Assembly: GCA_965369865.1 (NCBI GenBank)
Contig: CBDURU010000027.1
Span: 1-32,984 of the forward strand
Length of the DNA stretch: 32,984 nt
Source: an uncultured bacterium
Lineage (GTDB): Bacteria; JAJVIF01; JAPKYR01
Direction of reading: 5' to 3'
Shown here: positions 1-9,789 of the stretch, one piece after another
How positions within the stretch are numbered: position 1 is the stretch's first letter
How the letters are laid out: each line of letters begins with the position of its first letter
Notes under the pieces: model-generated
Database searches by the model: none
The model's input: the letters and a program-made list of their open reading frames with translations, nothing else
What the model was told of the DNA's origin: nothing
Position numbers and translations under genes: made by a program

Positions 1-76
1 GTCTAAGGCAAAATCAGGTGTCCCCATGATCGATTTAAACTTGAATTTCATCACCGTTACCCGCTAGTATTCACCC

Positions 77-973
77 ATGGCCAAACCCGCCCCGTATATT
101 CTTCACCTTACCGCACGTCCCCGTGGATGGGGAGCCAAACGGTTTCGTGAAGCCGCAAGCAAAAAGGGTATCAAAATCCGTACCGCCGACCCCGCCAGGG
201 CGATGCTTGAAATTGGCCGCGGGACAGGTTCGGTCCGGATAAACGGCCGAAAATTCACCCCTCCCTCTGTTGTCCTGCCGCGATTCGGTCCCGGCAACTA
301 TGAAAACGGCCTCGCCATGCTCGCGCATCTCGAGGCGTCCGGAATTCCCGTATGTAACAGTTCCCCCTCTATTGCGTTAGCGAGGGATACTTACCGCACG
401 CTGCATGAACTTCAAAAAGCCGGACTGGTCGTGCCATTAACCGCGAGGATTCTGTCGATTAAAGATTTGAGAATCGCGATTAAATCAATCCCCGGACCTC
501 CATGGATTCTGAAAACATTTACCGGCGCGATGGGAATCGGGACCATGCTCGTCCATAAAAAGGACCAGGTCGAAGCGATCGCTGCCACCCTCTGGGCGTT
601 GAAACAGCCGATTCTTATGCAGGAATTCATCAATTCGGACAGTGCTGGATCATTTGATACCAGGGTTTTGGTCGTCGGTGGAAAAGTTCTCGGCGCGATC
701 CGGAGATCGGCTGCGATTGGAGAATTCCGCTCGAACGTTCACAGGGGCGGCACACCTGAACCTGCCAGCCTTACAAAAAAGGAAACGAGACTTGCTCTCA
801 AGGCGGCAAAGGTTATCGGACTGGACATCGCGGGTGTCGACTGGCTCGAAACATCTGATGGCCCGGTTTTCCTTGAGGTCAACGCGACACCCGGTTTCCA
901 GGGATTCGAATCGGCCACGGGGATCGATGTCGCCGGTGCAATTATCGACTTCGCTTTGAGCCTTGCGCGATAA
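77..973 (+). CDS. rimK: RimK family alpha-L-glutamate ligase (ATP-grasp)
   Basis: 298 aa with RimK-like motifs: VLPRFG, MQEF, DTRVLVVGG, EFRSNVHRGG, GLDIAGVD, EVNATPGFQGFE. Confidence 0.85.
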   Translation: MAKPAPYILHLTARPRGWGAKRFREAASKKGIKIRTADPARAMLEIGRGTGSVRINGRKFTPPSVVLPRFGPGNYENGLAMLAHLEASGIPVCNSSPSIALARDTYRTLHELQKAGLVVPLTARILSIKDLRIAIKSIPGPPWILKTFTGAMGIGTMLVHKKDQVEAIAATLWALKQPILMQEFINSDSAGSFDTRVLVVGGKVLGAIRRSAAIGEFRSNVHRGGTPEPASLTKKETRLALKAAKVIGLDIAGVDWLETSDGPVFLEVNATPGFQGFESATGIDVAGAIIDFALSLAR

Positions 974-1012
974 GGTAAATCCAATACTCCCTGTCACGCG
1001 TTATATTGACAT

Positions 1013-1041
1013 TTGGAACTCTTACATATCTCTGATAGAAT
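1013..1041 (+). promoter_or_regulatory. Candidate sigma70 promoter for the 1136..1795 gene
   Basis: TTGGAA (1013-1018), 17-nt spacer, extended -10 TGaTAGAAT (1033-1041). Confidence 0.35.
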
Positions 1042-1135
1042 ACACACCATATTTTTTGAAACTTTTTTTTGCATGAGAGTCGTATAGCTGTAATTGTTAA
1101 ATCACATCATATGCCATTTGGAGGAGGACCGGAAT

Positions 1136-1795
1136 ATGCAAGAAAATCAAGGCGGTGGCGGCAGTTGCGGTAAAGCCTGTATGTGGTCCTGTGGGGGTTG
1201 TGCAATTGTAATTGTACTTTTTGTTTTAATGACCGTAATCGGGGCAACTTGTTTCGGGTGTACCGTGTGCGCAGGAATGAGCAGCCTGTTTGGCGGTTTA
1301 TTCCAGGCAATGGGCCATGTCTCGGATATCAATACATATTTCGAAGACCTTGAAGATGAGGGCTGGGATGTCGATTTCTCAGATTCCAACCAGCCATCGG
1401 GATATGGAGCCAGTGTCGATGATGAAACTCCAATGATCTGGCGCGCAAGGGAATCCGGGGACGATGAATGGACCGATTATGTCTGGACATTTGGACTCGA
1501 TGAGGGAGCCCTTGAGGAACTGGAAGGCATGGATGAAGATGATTTCGACTTCAGCATGCTCGGTGACGCCCTTAAATTCACGCTTTTACCAAGGACTGAA
1601 GCTGCCCTTGAGGTCCACGAGGAACTGGGACTTCCGTTACCCGATGATTTCGAACTGCAACCGTGGGATGAGGACGGTGGTCGACGACCTGATCGACGTG
1701 ACCCCGACACGGATCGTGATGATGAGACAGACGAGGACGATGAGGAACCTCGAAGGCGGCAGAAAGATGGTAAGTCTTTCAGGCTCGCCGCGTGA
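1136..1795 (+). CDS. Hypothetical membrane-anchored protein: Cys/Gly-rich N-terminal TM region, very acidic body, C-terminus ...KSFRLAA
   Basis: ATG at 1136 follows SD GGAGGAGG, so preferred over the track start 1094. Hydrophobic segment AIVIVLFVLMTVIG flanked by Cys residues; followed by a terminator. Confidence 0.75.
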   Translation: MQENQGGGGSCGKACMWSCGGCAIVIVLFVLMTVIGATCFGCTVCAGMSSLFGGLFQAMGHVSDINTYFEDLEDEGWDVDFSDSNQPSGYGASVDDETPMIWRARESGDDEWTDYVWTFGLDEGALEELEGMDEDDFDFSMLGDALKFTLLPRTEAALEVHEELGLPLPDDFELQPWDEDGGRRPDRRDPDTDRDDETDEDDEEPRRRQKDGKSFRLAA

Positions 1796-1832
1796 TTTGT
1801 AAACAAACACCAAATTTTGAAATATTAATTAT

Positions 1833-1862
1833 GCCCCCATTCATAAGGGGGCTTTTTTTTTT
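1833..1862 (+). terminator. Rho-independent terminator
   Basis: GCCCCC-ATTCATAA-GGGGGC followed by a T10 run, between convergent genes. Confidence 0.85.
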
Positions 1863-1916
1863 CTCAAATTTGTACCTGCGACCGTACCCTCTCTAAACCC
1901 GGAAGTACCAGAATAA

Positions 1917-2732
1917 TTACCATCGCCATTCTGTCGGCCGACGACTTACCACGTATTTCTCATCCACCGTTTTCCATCGCCAGTCGACTTCCATAAGCCC
2001 GGTAAATCCCAAGTCCACCGCGAGTGCATACGAAAGATCGATCCCTGCGAGATTGGTCCTTCTACCACGCGTATCGACACCGTCCTCGGCATCCGGACGG
2101 GAACCGTCCTGCCAGTATGGATCCTCGGTATTCCACGGTCCGACATCGCCGACGTACGCTTCGAAAATCGGACCGTCCTTCCCTGACGGTTTAATTTCGA
2201 GAATTCTGAACAGCCCTTCCCCTTCATCACCTTCGATCAGCCAGCCATGTCCCTCGTCGATAACCGATCCCGGCCAGAAATTAAAACTTTCCACTTGAGA
2301 TTCCGGTTCGGCAGTTGATGGATTCAGGAGTTCACCTAGAGCCGGCTCGGCAATGCCGCATCTCGACATCCGGCAACCCAGCTTTCCCCCCAGGCAGTCG
2401 AGGTTATCGTGGTTCGATGGAAGGGCGACAAAGTAATCGTCCGTTGAAATCAATTTATTACCATAGCCGCCATAATAATAATGCCCTGAACGCCCTCCAT
2501 AATGGCTGGCGACAATGTTCTCAATCCATGGAAGCCCATCAACAGTGGATAATTGAACCGCATCGGTGAAATCAAAAACCGTACCGTCCGTGACGATTGA
2601 TCCGTTGCCGGAGCCTTGAATCTCATCGTCGTGATCAGCTTGGGCGTTTATGATCCCGGATGGGAATACCATGACGATCAGCCACAGGACCCAGAGCGTA
2701 ATAACAATATTTGACTGTTGACGCGATAGCAT
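1917..2732 (-). CDS. Secreted protein with RlpA-like/double-psi beta-barrel (lytic transglycosylase-like) motifs
   Basis: N-terminal hydrophobic signal. The motifs ASHYGG, YFVALPS, VGDVGPWN and AGIDLSYALAVDLG match the DPBB pattern (D-x-GP ... IDLS). Confidence 0.6.
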   Translation of the reverse strand: MLSRQQSNIVITLWVLWLIVMVFPSGIINAQADHDDEIQGSGNGSIVTDGTVFDFTDAVQLSTVDGLPWIENIVASHYGGRSGHYYYGGYGNKLISTDDYFVALPSNHDNLDCLGGKLGCRMSRCGIAEPALGELLNPSTAEPESQVESFNFWPGSVIDEGHGWLIEGDEGEGLFRILEIKPSGKDGPIFEAYVGDVGPWNTEDPYWQDGSRPDAEDGVDTRGRRTNLAGIDLSYALAVDLGFTGLMEVDWRWKTVDEKYVVSRRPTEWRW

Positions 2733-2988
2733 CCCTATTGATCCACCAGGAGAAATCCGAAGGCGATATTATACATCTAATGCCGCATCAAGGGCTATCC
2801 CCCCTGAAAATCCCGGGTATGCATATCCTGTTTGTCGGATCGGCGAGGTAATTCCACAGGAAAAATTTTCACATCATCCTTCAGTGTTTATCAAGTCTAC
2901 TAAATTCCTTTAAATCCAATATCCTGGTTTTTAAAGAAACTATTAAAAGAGAGAGTTTCCCAGCTCTGATTCTGCTGGAGGATTCAAC

Positions 2989-5025
2989 ATGCGGAAGTTT
3001 CCGAAAATCTATTTAACGATTCTATTAATCGCTTTTTCAATGATGATTTTAACAGCTTGCGGCGGGGATAAAAAAGAGTCCCCGGTATCGCCTGAGCTTG
3101 AAGTTTCCGGGGCGGCTGAGTTTCCCGAAAAGTTATCCTCGGCTCCACCCGAAAATTTCACGCAGTGGGGCACATGGATGCTTCGTTGCGAGGACGCGCG
3201 GGACGGTAATCCCCCGGTAGTCGAGGTAATACCATTACGGGCAACGGATGCTCACTATGATGTTAAAAATGCGCTCGTTCCACCAATCTGCGTAAATTGC
3301 CTGAGCGTTTCATTAAACGAGATTATCGATCTCGACTGGTATATTGACATTCAAATTACGAATCCTACAGTCGCGACTGTCTATGATCTAATGATTGTTT
3401 TCCCCGGCACCGAAGGACCGACTATCGTAAATCCTTCCAGTTACACCGATCTGTTTGATGTCGATGGGGACTGGGAGACACATCACCCGATGTGCATTTT
3501 CGAGACGGGTACCGATAACCATGAGTGGGGTCCAGGCGGGGTCTACAGCAAGGAAATTATTCTCAGGAAGGAACCGGATGTATTTTTCTATAACCTTATT
3601 TTCATGATCACCGTAAGTTACCCGGGTCCCCAGGACGAGATCGCGGAACTCAGAAATCCAACTGCCGGCGGAATCCTGTACAACGACGGCTCAAATTCGA
3701 TCGACCTGTCAGCAGAGGTTATCGACTGGCAGGATGATGTCGATTATGTCGTGATTGACATGACCGATCTCGGAGGGAGTGCGTTCCATCCTATGGTATC
3801 CGACGGGACCGGGAATTATAATGTGTCGTTCTCCAAATCCGGACTCGCCAACGGCTCATACGAATGTCTGATCGCGGCGAAAAGCCTTGGATCCGATAAC
3901 CTCACATATAACTACATGACGATTGAGGTCGAAGATCCGCCTCTGCCTCCCACAAACTTTATTACAACCGCCGGTCCGCTTTTGCTTTCAGGCGCCGGGG
4001 TTCCTGTCGGTGAATACGACCTCTCCGTGGTCGGTTTACCGGACGGAAGTTCCCGTACGCTGATGAATTCATCCGCTACCGAAATATATGAATGGAATGA
4101 GGATTATTCCCAGAATTCAAAATTCATTACCGTTACCGACACAACCGGTTCGGATCCGAATTTCCCGGTTGAACCGGTACGGAGAATAGCCGCTGCAAAT
4201 CCTGAATTCCCCGACATAAAATCAAACTACTCCATCCTCCTGGCAAACAATGACACCGATCCGATGGATGACACTACCGATCCTTATATCCTGTACCGGA
4301 ACACGCTCGAAATTTTCAACCTTGAAAGCTCTGAAAATCCTGTCGTCGATTTCACACTTACGGTTGACAATGTGAATACACCAGAGCTTGATGTGATCCT
4401 GTCTCCGATCGATGTGTCGTGCGGAACCGGCGGCGACAAGGCAGGCTATGGGCTATGGGTCGCGGACAGCGGACAGTTCCCGTCGTATTATCCTTTCGTG
4501 GGCCTTGTTAAGTACGAAGATCCCTACAAGGATGTCACCGACGAATATGATTACTTCATCGGCGGTGTCAGCGAAGGTTTCGGTCCGGGAGTTGTATCGA
4601 CTGACAGCATCACAGGCCTAGCGGTCTGGGATTCCGGCGGTGACAGCGATATCCGGATCTTTATCACCGAAGCGGGCGAGATCGACGAAGTGGAGATTTT
4701 TTCAATAGATTTTACTACCAACCCCGGTGGAGAATTCACGCCGGTTGCTTCAATTACTGACTTTAACCGAACACCGATTGATATCGCCGTTCTTCCTGTG
4801 GGGGATGCGGGTCTTGAACCCGACAACTGGATCTGCATTCTGACGGTGGAGCGGAGAATTGAAATTTACACTTTCGATGGGGATCACGTGGAGACAATCG
4901 GCGATGCTTCAACGATTCCATTCATGCCCGCACACTTGGATACCGACCTTGAAAACCTGAGAATTCATGTAACCATGCAGGGTCCGCGCGCGACCGTGTT
5001 TGAATATAAGGGAATTGAAAATTAA
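2989..5025 (+). CDS. Large acidic lipoprotein, lineage-specific N-terminal domain plus probable beta-rich C-terminal domains
   Basis: SD GGAGG; lipobox LTAC; 678-aa open frame; N-terminal motifs shared with 22664..25099. Confidence 0.8.
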   Translation: MRKFPKIYLTILLIAFSMMILTACGGDKKESPVSPELEVSGAAEFPEKLSSAPPENFTQWGTWMLRCEDARDGNPPVVEVIPLRATDAHYDVKNALVPPICVNCLSVSLNEIIDLDWYIDIQITNPTVATVYDLMIVFPGTEGPTIVNPSSYTDLFDVDGDWETHHPMCIFETGTDNHEWGPGGVYSKEIILRKEPDVFFYNLIFMITVSYPGPQDEIAELRNPTAGGILYNDGSNSIDLSAEVIDWQDDVDYVVIDMTDLGGSAFHPMVSDGTGNYNVSFSKSGLANGSYECLIAAKSLGSDNLTYNYMTIEVEDPPLPPTNFITTAGPLLLSGAGVPVGEYDLSVVGLPDGSSRTLMNSSATEIYEWNEDYSQNSKFITVTDTTGSDPNFPVEPVRRIAAANPEFPDIKSNYSILLANNDTDPMDDTTDPYILYRNTLEIFNLESSENPVVDFTLTVDNVNTPELDVILSPIDVSCGTGGDKAGYGLWVADSGQFPSYYPFVGLVKYEDPYKDVTDEYDYFIGGVSEGFGPGVVSTDSITGLAVWDSGGDSDIRIFITEAGEIDEVEIFSIDFTTNPGGEFTPVASITDFNRTPIDIAVLPVGDAGLEPDNWICILTVERRIEIYTFDGDHVETIGDASTIPFMPAHLDTDLENLRIHVTMQGPRATVFEYKGIEN

Positions 5026-5120
5026 TAATTTAAATCCGGGCACTTTTGTCCAGAATTGGTTAAAAAAGCACTAATACCCTGTAACCTGGGACATTGCCCC
5101 TTGGCAGGCAGGATTGATAT

Positions 5121-5155
5121 AAAATCCCCTTTGAGAAATCAGAGGGGTTTTTTTT
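5121..5155 (+). terminator. Rho-independent terminator; also a partial copy of the repeat at 9790/10628
   Basis: CCCCTTTGA-GAAA-TCAGAGGGG plus T-run, preceded by CAGGATTGAT as at 10663-10672. Confidence 0.8.
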
Positions 5156-5248
5156 ATTTTCTGGCTGGGAGTAACACGGTGATTTGATTAGTGCAATCAT
5201 GTGGTTTAATTAGAGTGGGTACAGTGTGCAGAAGCTCATTATTCAGCC

Positions 5249-5989
5249 ATGGTACGGAAACGTAAAAATCAATGGGAATCGCCTTTCAATGAATCTCTTC
5301 AATCGAGAAAAGAAAGGGAAGATGCCGAATATTTAGCTCGTAACAAGGCGAGGACCGATGGGGTACGAAAAACACTGACCGAACAGCGTCGCAAGGACGA
5401 TTTTAATAAGATAATGAGGGAATTCAACGACCCGAAAATTAGGGCACAGATCAGGATCGGTATACACAAGGAAAGAATTCAGTTTCTGGAAAAAGTATTA
5501 ATTGATAACAGGCAATGGACAGGGGGTAAGGACGACCCTCTCCTGTTGAAGCCAAATCTCCCTGAATTACAGGCAAAGATCACTGAAATGAGTGAATATG
5601 TTGCAAAGCGCTCCAGGACCGGCAGCCCTGATTTAACAGTGCCGACTGCAAAGCCCGACAATAGACCTGGCGCCAAATCTCCGAAGTTTACTCCAAAACA
5701 GTTGTCAGACGTATACGGAAGGGCACAAGAAAAAATTCAATTGGCATATAGCGGGATACTTGGTCGGCTGGCAAAGAATGTACGTAACGGTCTCCCGATA
5801 GAACGCGCCCGGGAACGTCTGATGGCGCTGGGCGTGTCGAAGTATGTGGCAGATGCGTTTAATGAGATTGTTACAAAGAGTGGATATCAATTTTCCGAAC
5901 CTGAGAAGAAGGCTATGAAGCAAATGTTACTGCACCCGGGTCGTCTTGGCAGGCTTCTGGACAGCGTAATCAAGAATGCCGGGGATTGA
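5249..5989 (+). CDS. Hypothetical basic, helical protein (ORFan-like)
   Basis: 246-aa open frame, K/R-rich, no recognisable motif. Confidence 0.65.
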   Translation: MVRKRKNQWESPFNESLQSRKEREDAEYLARNKARTDGVRKTLTEQRRKDDFNKIMREFNDPKIRAQIRIGIHKERIQFLEKVLIDNRQWTGGKDDPLLLKPNLPELQAKITEMSEYVAKRSRTGSPDLTVPTAKPDNRPGAKSPKFTPKQLSDVYGRAQEKIQLAYSGILGRLAKNVRNGLPIERARERLMALGVSKYVADAFNEIVTKSGYQFSEPEKKAMKQMLLHPGRLGRLLDSVIKNAGD

Positions 5990-6023
5990 AATTAAATTGA
6001 TTCGCTATCATTCCCCTCCTACA

Positions 6024-6383
6024 TCAATCCCCCTCCGCCTTAACCGTTACCCCTTCGACCATCAAAACAACCGTTCTTTCCTCCGCCCGGGTACGGTGCA
6101 CAATCCCTCTCGATACCATGAATCCCTGGTGTCGTGTCAGTTCCACCGTGCGTTCTTCGAGATCCAGAAGGAGTTTCCCGTCGAGGACAAAGAAAAATTC
6201 GTCTTCATTGTCATGCTTGTGCCAGTGGAATTCCCCTTCGAACACCCCGACTCGCACGACACTGTCATTCACCCGAACAAGCGACTGGTTCCACCATTTT
6301 TCTTTGCACTCATCCGCGAGTTTCCCCAGATCGATCGTTTCCAGCGGCCCGTATTTGATGTCCGTATGAATCGAATAATCCAT
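6024..6383 (-). CDS. Cupin domain protein (mannose-6-phosphate isomerase-like, cupin_2)
   Basis: GEFHWHKHDNEDEFFFVLDG and RGIVHRT cupin motifs; SD GAGGA. Confidence 0.9.
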   Translation of the reverse strand: MDYSIHTDIKYGPLETIDLGKLADECKEKWWNQSLVRVNDSVVRVGVFEGEFHWHKHDNEDEFFFVLDGKLLLDLEERTVELTRHQGFMVSRGIVHRTRAEERTVVLMVEGVTVKAEGD

Positions 6384-6417
6384 TTTTAATCCTCACATCG
6401 TTTTTGTTTACACTTCC

Positions 6418-6510
6418 TGTGCCGTTAGCTTCCAGCTATCGAGAAATTTTATACAGCAATCGCTCGAAGCGATCTTAACACAAACCCGTGAGCTTTCTGC
6501 TAACGGCACA
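6418..6510. repeat. REP-like inverted repeat pair (family A)
   Basis: TGTGCCGTTAGC (6418-6429) and GCTAACGGCACA (6499-6510) are a perfect 12-bp IR. 6419-6441 is the exact reverse complement of 26633-26655. Confidence 0.8.
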
Positions 6511-6564
6511 TCCAGAATAAATAGTTTATAATATCGGGCACTCAGTTTTTGCCGGAGTTGAGGA

Positions 6565-7893
6565 ATGAGAAAATTCTTACTGATCACCGGGGTAGTGGTC
6601 ATCATTGTTGTTGGTTATTTCTTTTTCTTCCGAAATGGGAATAATGCTGAAAATGCCCCAAGCTTCATCGAGGTTACAGCGGAACTCGGATCAATATCAA
6701 AAACTGTCGCGGCCAGCGGCAGTGTCACTTCGAACCTCGATGTCGAAATCAAGTGCAAGGCAAGCGGCGAAATTGTCACCCTGCCCTACGATATCAGCGA
6801 CACGGTTCTTGAAGGGGATCTCCTCATGGAACTCGACCCGGAAGACGAGGAGAGATCGGTCGATCTCGCTGAAGTTTCGCTTAGTGTCAGCCAGGCGAGG
6901 CATAACAGGGCACAGGAAAACCTCAGCCTGGCCAGCCTTGATTTGGAAACAGCATACGAACGTGCGGAAATTGACCTCGAAATCATTGAAGCACGAGCCG
7001 AAGACTCGCAGGCAAGTGCTGATCGGATCGAAGAATTGTACGAGCTGGGATTCATTTCACAGGAGGAATATGAACAGGCCCTTACCGCAGCGCTTGCGTC
7101 CGGAGCCGATCTGGATGCGGCGAATCTGAGGTTCGATGAACTGGAAGCGCAGGATGCCGCCCTCGGTCTCCTGCACCTGGATGTTACCCTCGCGAGAGCG
7201 GACGTTCAATCATCCCGTATTAATCTTGACAACGCGTATAACAGGCTCGATGACACACGGGTTTATGCCCCGATGGACGGCATTGTGACAGCACGGTACG
7301 TTCAGATCGGGCAGATAATTTCATCGGGTATGAGCTCCACATCCGGTGGAACTCCAGTTTTAATGGTTTCGGACCATTCACGGTTATTCATCCTTGCGAG
7401 GGTTGATGAGAGCAATATCGGACAGGTGGAGACAGGACAGCATGTTAGTATCTCGACCGATGCATACCCGGATGAGGTATTCGAAGGCGACATAACCCGA
7501 ATCGCCCCGACCGGTGTCAATATGCAGAATGTTGTCACGTTTGAAGTAAGGATCGAGGTAACAAGCGAAAATAAATCTCTGCTCAAGCCTGAGATGACAG
7601 CGGATGTCGAAATTGTAATTGCGGAAAAGCCGGATGCGATTCTAGTTCCATCGAACGCAGTTATGTCGATGCATGGGAGCAGCATGGTCATGGTTCCCGG
7701 TGAAAATGGCGAACCGGAACATGTGCAGGTCGTTACCGGATTGGACAACGGAGAATTTACCGAAATTATCAACGGCCTCTCTGAGGGCGATACAGTCCTG
7801 ATCAACGAAAGCTCGGAAGCAAGCATGTGGCGTACCGGTGGCGGCCAGAGACGCGGTGCGCCTCCGGGCATGATGATGGGAAGGCCGCATTGA
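6565..7893 (+). CDS. Efflux RND/MacA-type membrane fusion (periplasmic adaptor) protein
   Basis: N-terminal TM; lipoyl half-motifs (EIKCKASGEI, VYAPMDGIV); long coiled coil; VDESNIGQV; TGLDNGEFTEIINGLSEGD. Confidence 0.9.
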   Translation: MRKFLLITGVVVIIVVGYFFFFRNGNNAENAPSFIEVTAELGSISKTVAASGSVTSNLDVEIKCKASGEIVTLPYDISDTVLEGDLLMELDPEDEERSVDLAEVSLSVSQARHNRAQENLSLASLDLETAYERAEIDLEIIEARAEDSQASADRIEELYELGFISQEEYEQALTAALASGADLDAANLRFDELEAQDAALGLLHLDVTLARADVQSSRINLDNAYNRLDDTRVYAPMDGIVTARYVQIGQIISSGMSSTSGGTPVLMVSDHSRLFILARVDESNIGQVETGQHVSISTDAYPDEVFEGDITRIAPTGVNMQNVVTFEVRIEVTSENKSLLKPEMTADVEIVIAEKPDAILVPSNAVMSMHGSSMVMVPGENGEPEHVQVVTGLDNGEFTEIINGLSEGDTVLINESSEASMWRTGGGQRRGAPPGMMMGRPH

Positions 7894-8570
7894 TTATCCA
7901 CACGGAAAACCTTGTCAAGTTGTACACGATTGGCGAAAGTGTCGTTCGCGCGCTTGATGGTGTGAGCCTGGATATTGATGAAGGAGAAATGGTAGCGATA
8001 ACAGGACCTTCCGGCAGTGGAAAATCCACCCTGATGAACATGATCGGATGCCTTGACCGCCCTACCTCGGGGAAATATTTCCTCGATGGCGACGATGTTT
8101 CAAAATTACAAAATGACAAGCTGGCTGAAATTAGAAATCGGAGGATCGGGTTCGTGTTCCAGACTTTCAGCCTGATACCACGTACCAGCGCGCTTGAAAA
8201 TGTCGAGCTTCCCCTGCTTTACAGCGGTAAGATCAGCGCGAGAAAGGAAGCCAGCGAGACATTAAAAACGGTTGGTCTTGCAGAACGCATGAACCATGAA
8301 CCGAACCAGCTATCGGGAGGGGAACGTCAGAGAGTTGCCATAGCTCGCGCACTGGTTACTTCCCCATCTATCCTCCTTGCCGATGAGCCTACCGGAAACC
8401 TTGATACAAAAACCGGAGATGAGATTCTTGAACTGTTCGAGGAGCTTAACAGAAAGGGGTTAACCACGATTGTTGTGACTCATGATCCCGACGTGGCATC
8501 GCGGTGCAGGCGTGTGCTTCGTCTAATCGATGGAAAAATTGTCACCGATATAAATAACCGGGTGAATTGA
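7890..8570 (+). CDS. MacB/LolD-type ABC transporter ATP-binding protein
   Basis: Walker A GPSGSGKS, signature LSGGERQRVAIARAL, ADEPTGNLD, VTHD. The likely start TTG 7890 overlaps the upstream TGA. Confidence 0.93.
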   Translation: MIIHTENLVKLYTIGESVVRALDGVSLDIDEGEMVAITGPSGSGKSTLMNMIGCLDRPTSGKYFLDGDDVSKLQNDKLAEIRNRRIGFVFQTFSLIPRTSALENVELPLLYSGKISARKEASETLKTVGLAERMNHEPNQLSGGERQRVAIARALVTSPSILLADEPTGNLDTKTGDEILELFEELNRKGLTTIVVTHDPDVASRCRRVLRLIDGKIVTDINNRVN

Positions 8571-9781
8571 AAACTATGCGACTGGTTACTACATTCAGAG
8601 TTGCACTAAGGAGCCTGAGGGCAAACAAGTTACGATCGCTTCTCGCCATGCTGGGTATCATTATCGGGATCGCGGCGGTCATTTCCATGCTCGCGATCGG
8701 TGCCGGCGCGGAAGAACAGATCATGTCACGAATATCTGCGATGGGAACTAATCTCCTTAGCGTACGACCCGGACAGGGTTATTTCCGTGGCGTCACTTCG
8801 GGTGCGGTCGAAACTCTCACGCTGGATGATGCTATGGCGTTACTGCATGATATTGATTCGATCGTGGCAGTCTCACCTGAAGCGTCCAGTAATGCCCAGT
8901 TGAAATTTCTTGATGACAATATGAACGCGTCGGTATACGGGGTCGCGATAACGTGGCCTTCGATCCGTAATTATGAAGTTGAATTCGGCAGGTTTTTCAC
9001 GGAGTCTGAAGTAGAGAGCCGGATGAGGGTTGTTGTAATCGGATCCGAAATCGCTGAAGAACTTGGTATAAACCAAAGTTCTCTTAACGAATATATCAAG
9101 CTTAAAGGCATCCAGTTCAAACTTATCGGTATTCTCAAGTCAAAAGGCGGTGGATGGGGGTCATCCGACAACCGGGCGTTGATACCCTACACAACTGCAA
9201 TGGGCACTGTTTTTGGACTCGACTTCCTGACGGGCATCAGCATCCAGACTGCTGACAACACCGAGATAGACCGCATAGAGGAAGAGATAACCAGCCTGCT
9301 GCAAACCCGCCACGGTATTGAATCTGTCGATGAAATTGATTTCAGGGTTTTCAACCAGGCGGAAATTCTCGAGACGGCATCCGATGCCAGCAAGACTTTT
9401 ACCGTACTTCTTGGCGCCATAGCCAGCATCTCGCTCATCGTCGGCGGAATCGGGATCATGAACATCATGCTGGTGACGGTAACTGAAAGAACGAGGGAGA
9501 TCGGGATTCGAAAAGCGATCGGCGCCAAGGGTAAGGACATTCTCCTGCAGTTTCTATTAGAGGCCATTATCCTGTGCATTATCAGCGGGATTATAGGGGT
9601 TGCCGTCGGTGTTGGAGCTTCAAACCTGATCGGCAAAATGTCCGAATACACAACGTCGCTTCAGATGTCGGGCATTATTCTCGCCCTGACATTCTCGATG
9701 ACTGTCGGTATCTTTTTTGGATATTACCCCGCCAGACGAGCTGCGTTACTCGACCCCGTAGATGCACTGTCGTATGAATGA
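8567..9781 (+). CDS. MacB/FtsX-type ABC transporter permease
   Basis: RSLLAMLGIIIG, GGIGIMNIMLVTVTERTREIGIRKAIGA, FGYYPARRAALLDPVDALSYE. Confidence 0.93.
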   Translation: MKTMRLVTTFRVALRSLRANKLRSLLAMLGIIIGIAAVISMLAIGAGAEEQIMSRISAMGTNLLSVRPGQGYFRGVTSGAVETLTLDDAMALLHDIDSIVAVSPEASSNAQLKFLDDNMNASVYGVAITWPSIRNYEVEFGRFFTESEVESRMRVVVIGSEIAEELGINQSSLNEYIKLKGIQFKLIGILKSKGGGWGSSDNRALIPYTTAMGTVFGLDFLTGISIQTADNTEIDRIEEEITSLLQTRHGIESVDEIDFRVFNQAEILETASDASKTFTVLLGAIASISLIVGGIGIMNIMLVTVTERTREIGIRKAIGAKGKDILLQFLLEAIILCIISGIIGVAVGVGASNLIGKMSEYTTSLQMSGIILALTFSMTVGIFFGYYPARRAALLDPVDALSYE

Positions 9782-9789
9782 ACCCCATT

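Noticed and set aside
5976..6389. 137-aa plus-strand ORF
   Set aside because: Antisense shadow of the clear cupin gene.
6418..6510. Possible integron attC site (GTTAGC/GCTAAC)
   Set aside because: The core sites are in the reverse order (GTT first, AAC last), it lies between divergent genes, and no intI is present. Better explained as a REP-like doublet.
7302..9651. Long minus-strand ORFs (7302..7901, 7802..8119, 9187..9651)
   Set aside because: Antisense shadows of the MacAB-type genes.
6565..9781. MacAB-type operon lacking TolC as a novelty
   Set aside because: The MFP-ATPase-permease arrangement without a linked outer-membrane factor is common.
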